Shown: one piece after another, positions 1-5,907 of the stretch | Layout: each line of letters opens with the position of its first letter | Position numbering within the stretch: the first letter of the stretch is position 1 | From: a virus | Lineage: Duplodnaviria > Heunggongvirae > Uroviricota > Caudoviricetes | IMG/VR virus record: IMGVR_UViG_3300033463_000062 | Span: 1-26,108 of that record | Reading direction: 5' to 3' (one strand) | Length of the DNA stretch: 26,108 bases | Translations under genes and position numbers: made by a program | The notes under the pieces: generated by a model | What the model saw: the letters and a program-made list of their open reading frames with translations, nothing else | What the model was told of the DNA's origin: nothing | Databases searched by the model: none

Positions 1-1
1 C

Positions 2-199
2 CATTGCCAAATCGTATGCTTCTTCTTCGGTGAGTGTTATGCCTTTGAGCGGTACTCCTGCATCCCAACGCCTTATATCAAAGCGCGGGCCTAAATCGTC
101 GCCCCATTGGACTATGTTTAGTTCTTTGGTTATCGGAGCATTTTTGTTGCCGAGCGTTGCGAGCTTCTCTATAATTTCAAAATCTGCGTCGTAGTACAT
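2..199 (-). CDS. PC4/YdbC-like ssDNA-binding protein (3' end runs off window)
   Basis: Not in ORF track. Manual translation from ATG at 199: MYYDADFEIIEKLATLGNKNAPITKELNIVQWGDDLGPRFDIRRWDAGVPLKGITLTEEEAYDLAM. KELNxxxW...DIRxW...KGITLTEEE is typical of the YdbC/PC4-like family. AGGAGG RBS and sigma-A promoter upstream. Confidence 0.85.
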   Translation of the reverse strand, partial: MYYDADFEIIEKLATLGNKNAPITKELNIVQWGDDLGPRFDIRRWDAGVPLKGITLTEEEAYDLAM

Positions 200-216
200 A
201 TCGCACCTCCTGCGAT

Positions 217-245
217 ATTATACAATACAGAATCAAATTTGTCAA
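217..245 (-). promoter_or_regulatory. sigma-A promoter for the PC4-like gene
   Basis: Minus strand TTGACA-17 bp-TATAAT, a perfect consensus. Confidence 0.85.
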
Positions 246-279
246 GTGTATTTTAAAAAGCCGTCAGAATTTCTGCGGC

Positions 280-588
280 TTATTGTATTGCGTTTTCGTA
301 TGTGATTATGATTTTGATGCCGGAACCCGTGTTGTAAATGTCATAGCATTTTGCGTTGAATGTAGCCTCGGCAAACAAGCGAGAGAACACGCTTATTTCT
401 TCGGGCGTTTCAATTGACATCAGCAGATCGTTGTTTATCTTATTAAGCGACAAACTGAAATTGTCGTTTTGCCCGAAACTCGATAAGATTTTCTCAAGCA
501 AAATACAACTCTCGGCGACGTCATGCTTGATTGTTACGCCGTTAGTCCGGCAGAATTCCGACAAGATTTCTTCAATGTTTTCGTTCAC
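280..588 (-). CDS. hypothetical protein (102 aa)
   Basis: GTG start overlaps the upstream stop (GTGA); AAAGGAG-like RBS; natural composition; no recognisable motif. Confidence 0.75.
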   Translation of the reverse strand: MNENIEEILSEFCRTNGVTIKHDVAESCILLEKILSSFGQNDNFSLSLNKINNDLLMSIETPEEISVFSRLFAEATFNAKCYDIYNTGSGIKIIITYENAIQ

Positions 589-1229
589 TCTCCGAGCTCC
601 TTTACGTCATAATAATTGTGATATACAAACATAATGTTTACCTTTCCGTCAGTGCGCGGTATGAACACAATATGCGAGAAGAGCTTAAGAAGCAGCGCTT
701 TAAAAAGTCCCTCATTTTCGATATGAATTCCGTTGGCAATCATTTCAATTCTCGCGTCACGCCAGACGAGTTGTTTTAACTCCGTGTTCGTCAAGATGTA
801 TCCGTGATTCTTGTGGGCGATTTTACGCAGTTCTTCTGTTGCGATTTTGAAACCTTTTTCGACCTTTGGTTGAACATACGAGAAATAATATTTACCGTCG
901 TCAAACTCTTTCCGGTTCAAATCCCGCAGATATTCTTTTGCAGATTCTCGCAGCGATTCGTCTAAATCGTCAGATTCCGATATGCAATCCAAAAGAGCTC
1001 GGTACTCTTCGCCGAGATTTTGGATGTTTTTTTCTTCCCATTCCTTGGCATACTGCTCTTTTTCCTCGATGATTTTTCCGTACCTCATTGCAACATTCGG
1101 ATCATAATCGTCCGCCATATCTGATATGCGACCGTGACCGTACTGTGCCTCGCCATAATCATCGTAGTCTTCCAGATTATCCAAATCTTCGTCGCTGAAA
1201 TCCGGAATGTTTTTGTTAGGATTTTGCAC
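585..1229 (-). CDS. hypothetical phage protein (214 aa, acidic N-terminus)
   Basis: Long ORF, GTG start with AAAGGA RBS, directly downstream of a sigma-A promoter. Confidence 0.85.
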   Translation of the reverse strand: MQNPNKNIPDFSDEDLDNLEDYDDYGEAQYGHGRISDMADDYDPNVAMRYGKIIEEKEQYAKEWEEKNIQNLGEEYRALLDCISESDDLDESLRESAKEYLRDLNRKEFDDGKYYFSYVQPKVEKGFKIATEELRKIAHKNHGYILTNTELKQLVWRDARIEMIANGIHIENEGLFKALLLKLFSHIVFIPRTDGKVNIMFVYHNYYDVKELGE

Positions 1230-1260
1230 TTGACACCGTTTCCTTTTTTATTTTTTCTAT

Positions 1261-1290
1261 ATTATAACACACTCCTTATTATTTTGTCAA
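1261..1290 (-). promoter_or_regulatory. sigma-A promoter with extended -10
   Basis: Minus strand TTGACA-18 bp-TATAAT with TGn before the -10. Confidence 0.75.
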
Positions 1291-1319
1291 TACAGTTTTC
1301 AAATTAACTGCACGACTTC

Positions 1320-1592
1320 CGTTTAGTATTTCGCTGACTTTCGTCACCCACTTCGCGCCACGCGGAGGCATACTAATTGCGAAGCAACACAAACGTGTGA
1401 GCGGGAGCCACGGAAAATGCTAAAACCGTAAGGTTCCCGCCCGGCGTTTGGTATAATATTCAACGCTGATTTGTGGCTCAGACGTAGGAAGCCGTGTCTT
1501 TGCTCGTCGCTCGACCCAGCGAGGTATGCACCCGTCGTTAGTGACGCTGACTCTCACGGATAAAAGCGTAGCCGTAAGTCGCTTGTTTTTTT
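1320..1592 (+). ncRNA. candidate structured ncRNA (~270 nt), family unrecognised
   Basis: Consecutive stems with G-U pairs that only work on the plus strand (e.g. GCGGGAGCC/GGTTCCCGC, CTTCGCG/CGCGGAG, CGTCG/TGACG). Ends in a hairpin plus T-tract. No credible ORF. Confidence 0.5.
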
Positions 1593-1615
1593 GCGGACAA
1601 ATTTGCCCGGAATAC

Positions 1616-1643
1616 TTGACAAACCGATAAAAATATGTATAAT
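1616..1643 (+). promoter_or_regulatory. sigma-A promoter for a short plus-strand RNA
   Basis: TTGACA (1616-1621)-16 bp-TATAAT (1638-1643). Confidence 0.75.
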
Positions 1644-1649
1644 AAGAAT

Positions 1650-1731
1650 TGTAGTGTTTATTGCATTTCACTACAAACCTAATTATATTTTTTTGGGAAG
1701 CCCGCGGTCGATTGACTGCGGGCTTTTCTTT
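1650..1731 (+). ncRNA. candidate small RNA (~80 nt)
   Basis: Bounded by a consensus promoter and an intrinsic terminator; internal hairpin TTGTAGTG/CACTACAA; no RBS or ORF. Confidence 0.6.
1698..1731 (+). terminator. intrinsic terminator
   Basis: AAGCCCGCGGTC-gatt-GACTGCGGGCTT followed by TTCTTT. Confidence 0.8.
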
Positions 1732-1756
1732 GGATTTATATTTTGAAATGCAGAGC

Positions 1757-1787
1757 GAAAAGGCGGGAGATTTTCCCGCCCGTTTTT
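1757..1787 (-). terminator. intrinsic terminator of the 269-aa gene
   Basis: GGCGGGA/TCCCGCC stem with T-run on the minus strand, about 15 nt after the stop. Confidence 0.75.
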
Positions 1788-1800
1788 GACTGACTTTTTA

Positions 1801-2610
1801 TTACGCTTCCTGCGCTCTGACTTTGGGATATACGACCTCGTATGCAAGACCGGTTACGAGGTGCAACAACACGGACAGTATTATGCTGTCTATCGTGCCC
1901 TTGTTTGCAGTCTTGACTTTGCCGACACCGCCGAAGCCCGTGAATGTTTTGATTACGAACTGCGCGTCATTTATATTGACTGCGTAGCGATTGACGCCGT
2001 CTTTCTCGTCGTAGATTATATCGTCGATTATGCCCTGCAAAGTGCCGACGATTTTGTCGGGCTTAAAGTCGTCGATAGTGTAGACGGCTTTCGCGTCCTT
2101 TGATACGCGATACGAGCCTATATCAAACATAAAGCCGATTGCGTCGCTCGTGATTTGCGTAAGGATACGACCAGCGTCCTCGACTTTGAGCACCCACTCG
2201 AAGTCACGCGACGCATAGTCGCCCGTAGTCTTTTTGCAGAACGCGTCGTATGACTTCAACGACACATAGCGTTTGCGTTCCATAAGCGTGCGCTCGAACT
2301 TAACGACCTCTTTCGCGACACCGTCCTTATCGACCTCTTTCGCGGTCTTGGTACTGTCTTTATGCGCGAGGATCACATACGTGCACGAGCGCAAAACGCT
2401 GTGCATTTTGTCTGACGCTTTTGCGCAAGCGGTGAAATGCTCGACCATAGCAGAGTGCGCAAACTCTTTTTCAAGATCTTGTAATTTTTCCGTGTCCTTT
2501 ATCGACAGGGAAAGTTTACCACTATTCCTGTGCTCGTTATAGTCATTGATTGACTTTTCGATTTCCGCGCGTATAGTGGCGGTTTTGCGGATTTTCTTTT
2601 CGTTCTCCAT
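1801..2610 (-). CDS. hypothetical phage protein (269 aa)
   Basis: Long ORF, ATG with GGAGG RBS, downstream terminator; no motif recognised. Confidence 0.85.
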   Translation of the reverse strand: MENEKKIRKTATIRAEIEKSINDYNEHRNSGKLSLSIKDTEKLQDLEKEFAHSAMVEHFTACAKASDKMHSVLRSCTYVILAHKDSTKTAKEVDKDGVAKEVVKFERTLMERKRYVSLKSYDAFCKKTTGDYASRDFEWVLKVEDAGRILTQITSDAIGFMFDIGSYRVSKDAKAVYTIDDFKPDKIVGTLQGIIDDIIYDEKDGVNRYAVNINDAQFVIKTFTGFGGVGKVKTANKGTIDSIILSVLLHLVTGLAYEVVYPKVRAQEA

Positions 2611-3010
2611 TTTCGGAAACCTCCATAAAATTATTTAATTGTTTGCCGTCGTGCTTGTCGCCGTTGCCGTCGCCTTGCCGTCGTGCACTTTATAGAGAAT
2701 TGACGGACGGCAAAAACGGACAGTCGTTTTTCACAAATTTTCGGAATTTTTCGGCACGGCTTTTGTGCAGTTTGCACAACGCTATTATATTTATTTGAAC
2801 GAGCGTAAAAACAACATCTGTTTATTTATCTTTTTCCGAGAGTACGCGCACACGCGACGCTTTAATAAGCGCAAACAATACACGCATAAAACCGCGCACG
2901 TTGTCGCCAGCATAACGCGGATTTCCGCCAAATAGGAATAAGATAATATCACATTGATTGATTATGTTTATTCCGAGAGTACGCCCGGGCGTGCGCGTAT
3001 ATATGCGTAT

Positions 3011-3042
3011 AAAAAAGAAAAGCGACGGCTTGTCGCCGTCGC
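3011..3042 (-). terminator. intrinsic terminator of the sigma-like gene
   Basis: Minus strand GCGACGGC-gacaa-GCCGTCGC-TTTTCTTTTTT. Confidence 0.8.
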
Positions 3043-3061
3043 CGTTTTGGTATGCCGTCGC

Positions 3062-3961
3062 TTATGCCGTCACCGTTTGAATTTTTGCGCCTATTTTTGC
3101 GATATGACGACGGACGGTTTTATCACTTGTCGCCGTCATATCGGCTATTTCTTTTTGACTATATCCAGCGACTATATACTCGCATATAAGTCTGTCATAC
3201 TTGTCGTTTATATCATACTCTATATAAAAATCATCAAGATTTCTATAATCAAAGTTTTCAAAGTACTTGATTGTTTCAAGTGCCGTCTGTTTTTCGTTGT
3301 CGTCGTCGCCGTTGTCGTCGCCGTTGTCGTTGTTTTCCATAGCCGTCATACTTTTATTTAAGTTAGATATATAATTGTCAACGGCTCGGCTTGCAAGTGC
3401 TTTGACTGTTATTTTACGAGTGCCTTTTTTTGTTTTAATAGCAACCTCGTCATACGGCATCAGACCATATTTTATAAAGTGTTCCCATAAGACAAGATAC
3501 GCGGTTATAATTAAATCGTGACCGTTGCCTTGCGTATCGTCGTTTGTGAATTTTTTGTTAAGACTGTCAATCGTCGCCGTCGTGCGCTCCGTCATTGTTT
3601 TCAAGCCGTCGTCGTGCGTTTTTGCGTACTCTTTTGCGAGTATCTCACGAGTTTTTTCTAACTCGCGCATAATACTGCAATACCCGTCCGCGTTCTTATC
3701 ACGCATATAATCGGCGTAGGTATCACGGAGCAAATCATCATACAACGGCAAAGCCGTCAAGCACTGTTTACGGATAAGCACGGGACGGACGGCAAAGAAA
3801 GCCGTCTTTAAAAACAAGTGTTCTATATACTCGTCAAAAGAGTCAAAATCTGTCTTGTCTTGATAGTTTGTTATTATCTCTGTGAAAGTAGATATTATAA
3901 GCGTCTGTCCGTTAAGCGTTATCGCTTTCAAGCCGTTGTTTAAAATCCTTGTTTTTTGCAT
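3062..3961 (-). CDS. sigma-factor-like protein with C-terminal region-4/LuxR-type HTH (299 aa)
   Basis: C-terminal GYSQKEIADMTATSDKTVRRHIAKI is a sigma4/LuxR-type HTH; DLIITAYLVLWE...RAVDNYI resembles sigma region 2. AGGAG RBS. Confidence 0.65.
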   Translation of the reverse strand: MQKTRILNNGLKAITLNGQTLIISTFTEIITNYQDKTDFDSFDEYIEHLFLKTAFFAVRPVLIRKQCLTALPLYDDLLRDTYADYMRDKNADGYCSIMRELEKTREILAKEYAKTHDDGLKTMTERTTATIDSLNKKFTNDDTQGNGHDLIITAYLVLWEHFIKYGLMPYDEVAIKTKKGTRKITVKALASRAVDNYISNLNKSMTAMENNDNGDDNGDDDNEKQTALETIKYFENFDYRNLDDFYIEYDINDKYDRLICEYIVAGYSQKEIADMTATSDKTVRRHIAKIGAKIQTVTA

Positions 3962-4081
3962 TTTTTTAATCTCCTAAAATATATTTTTTTATTTTGATGT
4001 AAAGCAAGTTATAAGCGAAAACTGCTTATCCTCCGTTCACAGTCTGTTAATTTACCGTTAACTCGCCGTTCATCTGTAAAC

Positions 4082-4110
4082 AGTATAGCACAAACGGACG
4101 GCGAAGTCAA
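4082..4110 (-). promoter_or_regulatory. sigma-A promoter for the sigma-like gene
   Basis: Minus strand TTGACT-17 bp-TATACT with TGn. An inverted repeat CCTACTGC/GCAGTAGG (4116-4151) lies just upstream of the -35. Confidence 0.75.
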
Positions 4111-5107
4111 ACCGACCTACTGCGTTATATTACAGGCGCGTATGCAGTAGGAAGAACCTATCGCCGTTTTCGACATTTTTGTAAATTGTTTGTGAACGCC
4201 GTTTGAACGGCTCTCCCTTATATATATACGTGTATAATACTACGTGCACGTGCGAGCCCTCGGAATAAGCGTAATAAATCAAATCAGATTTGAATATTAT
4301 GTTAATTCCGAGAGTACGCGCTTGTGAATATTTTAACAAAGTTAATATATTTGTTATAAGCGTTAATTGATTGAGCGCAATTATATCGCATACGACATAA
4401 TTTTGACAAGGTGTAAAGCAATTTACTTTACACCCTCTGTTTCTACACGCTCTCGGGTGTTTCGTGAAAATGGGGCGTACAAATAACCGTTTTACGCCTA
4501 CACCGTACGGTTTTCACCGAAAACAGAAACGCAAGACCGCCCAAAGCGGTTGTTAGTTCCCCACCACTGCCCCAGTCCCCACGGTTCCCCCAAACGAAAC
4601 ACTCTCGTTCCCCATTTTGAAAAAGCATTCTGACAATTCGCACAAAGGAAGTGGAGCCTCTTATATCCGGGCGCACAAACTCTCGGGAGAAACCTGAAGA
4701 AGAAAGAGAGGAGAGCCCTAAAAGAGAACGGGCGCTCCAAAAGAAGAGGAAAGCTCGAAAACAAAGTATTTGACGACAGCTCCACTGCGCGAGAGGGAGA
4801 AGAGGTGGTGCCTTCGGCATTCGGTTGCCTTCCGGCAGTCCGAGGGGAGCGGGAGTCAGAGAGATTATTTCAAGTCGGAGACATCCAAACGAGCGATCTG
4901 AGAGGGGGAGGAATCTGAAAGGGAAAGGAGAGCGAGTGGGTAGTAAGGAATAAAAATAATCTCTATAAGACATCGAACTTAATGTGAATTAAACTTCTTA
5001 TAAGTGGAGAATAAATGCTTCTTAGTTAAATGGACATCTCTTTTATAAGCTATCTAATATTACGTGATATAACTACCTTTGTATAGTAGAAATCGTTGTC
5101 TATAACA

Positions 5108-5188
5108 CTAAGAAGTATAACACCCGATGTCTATACTTCTTAGTATAGTAGCATACTACATAGAAGTATAACACCCGATGTCTATACT
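5108..5188. repeat. 27-bp direct repeat x2 with a 12-bp inverted repeat; candidate origin iterons
   Basis: AGAAGTATAACACCCGATGTCTATACT at 5111-5137 and 5162-5188; CTAAGAAGTATA/TATACTTCTTAG at 5108-5119 and 5132-5143; AT-rich context. Confidence 0.85.
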
Positions 5189-5200
5189 ACAGTCTGTATT

Positions 5201-5249
5201 GCGATAAACTTCGTTTATCGCTTTTTGATTACCGAAGGTAATCAAAAAG
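5201..5249. repeat. two abutting perfect palindromes with GAA triloops
   Basis: GCGATAAAC-TTC-GTTTATCGC (5201-5221) and CTTTTTGATTACC-GAA-GGTAATCAAAAAG (5221-5249). Confidence 0.9.
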
Positions 5250-5529
5250 AAATGATATATTTAAGTTCTAATAAATGACATCGAATATAACTTGAATGTG
5301 TAACCTCTGTATAACTTCATTATCACTATACTTAATATTTATTGTTTTATTATATTTATTTATATAAGGAGGGGTGCCCTCCCGTCAAAGCCCCGTCTAT
5401 TTCCCTTCAATAAATCTCTTTTCAGGGGGAAATTGCCAAATAAAAGCTTATTATTCACTCTTATTTCTCCATATCTTGCAATATACATAAATTATTTACA
5501 ATTTAAAACTACATATAGTATTTTACGAT

Positions 5530-5558
5530 TTGACAAAATTAAAAATCTGCATTATAAT
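5530..5558 (+). promoter_or_regulatory. sigma-A promoter for the RNA polymerase operon
   Basis: TTGACA (5530-5535)-17 bp-TATAAT (5553-5558), a perfect consensus. Confidence 0.9.
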
Positions 5559-5602
5559 ACGCCCAACGAAAGGAGGCAGCGACCGATGAAGAAAGGAGCA
5601 GG

Positions 5603-5752
5603 ATGAAGACAGAACCGAAAAAAGTCAAACGCACTCAGAACATAGACGATGACGAGCGCTACGACGAAGACCTGAAAAAAGAGTTTTACAGGGACTTCTG
5701 GCAGCTCATGTCAGAATACAACACAGATTATAATTATTCGGAGGAAGAATAA
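5603..5752 (+). CDS. small acidic hypothetical protein (49 aa)
   Basis: MKTEPKKVKRTQNIDDDERYDEDLKKEFYRDFWQLMSEYNTDYNYSEEE; AAGGAG RBS; below the ORF-track cutoff. Confidence 0.7.
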   Translation: MKTEPKKVKRTQNIDDDERYDEDLKKEFYRDFWQLMSEYNTDYNYSEEE

Positions 5753-5753
5753 A

Positions 5754-5906
5754 ATGGCTATACGTTACAAGCTTGCGCCGAAGGGCATCATTTACGACGT
5801 GCTGAGAAAGCTGCGTGACAGCGATCTCAGCGAAGGAGAGATTGCGGATGCAATCATCGAGGCTCTGGAAGACAATAACTATTATATAACAGAGGACGAA
5901 AACTGA
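5754..5906 (+). CDS. small hypothetical protein (50 aa)
   Basis: MAIRYKLAPKGIIYDVLRKLRDSDLSEGEIADAIIEALEDNNYYITEDEN; GGAGG RBS; 1-bp gaps to both neighbours. Confidence 0.75.
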   Translation: MAIRYKLAPKGIIYDVLRKLRDSDLSEGEIADAIIEALEDNNYYITEDEN

Positions 5907-5907
5907 C

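Larger units (their letters stand above)
2834..4319. repeat. dispersed 14-bp repeat TTCCGAGAGTACGC x3 (2834-2847, 2971-2984, 4306-4319)
   Basis: Three exact intergenic copies; copies 2 and 3 match over 24 bp with one mismatch. Confidence 0.9.

Noticed and set aside
914-925. GGTTCAAATCCC, resembling a tRNA T-arm
   Set aside because: Inside a coding gene; no acceptor, D or anticodon arms. No tRNA or rRNA found in the window.
1330-1350. CTGA and GAAA segments as a hammerhead ribozyme core
   Set aside because: No CUGANGA plus GAAA arrangement on either strand.
1420-1671. 83-aa minus-strand ORF as a type I toxin opposite the sRNA
   Set aside because: No RBS, not hydrophobic, and it overlaps a promoter and a structured plus-strand region.
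2954-3361. 135-aa plus-strand ORF with a hydrophobic poly-Val tail
   Set aside because: Antisense shadow of the NDNGDD repeat and HTH in the sigma-like gene.
4443-4973. 176-aa and 95-aa minus-strand ORFs in the divergence region
   Set aside because: Low-complexity Leu/Phe/Ser/Pro content simply mirrors the purine-rich plus strand; no RBS.
5111-5188. Two 27-bp repeats with a 24-bp gap as a minimal CRISPR array
   Set aside because: Only two copies, the spacer is itself repetitive, no cas genes and no recognisable repeat type.
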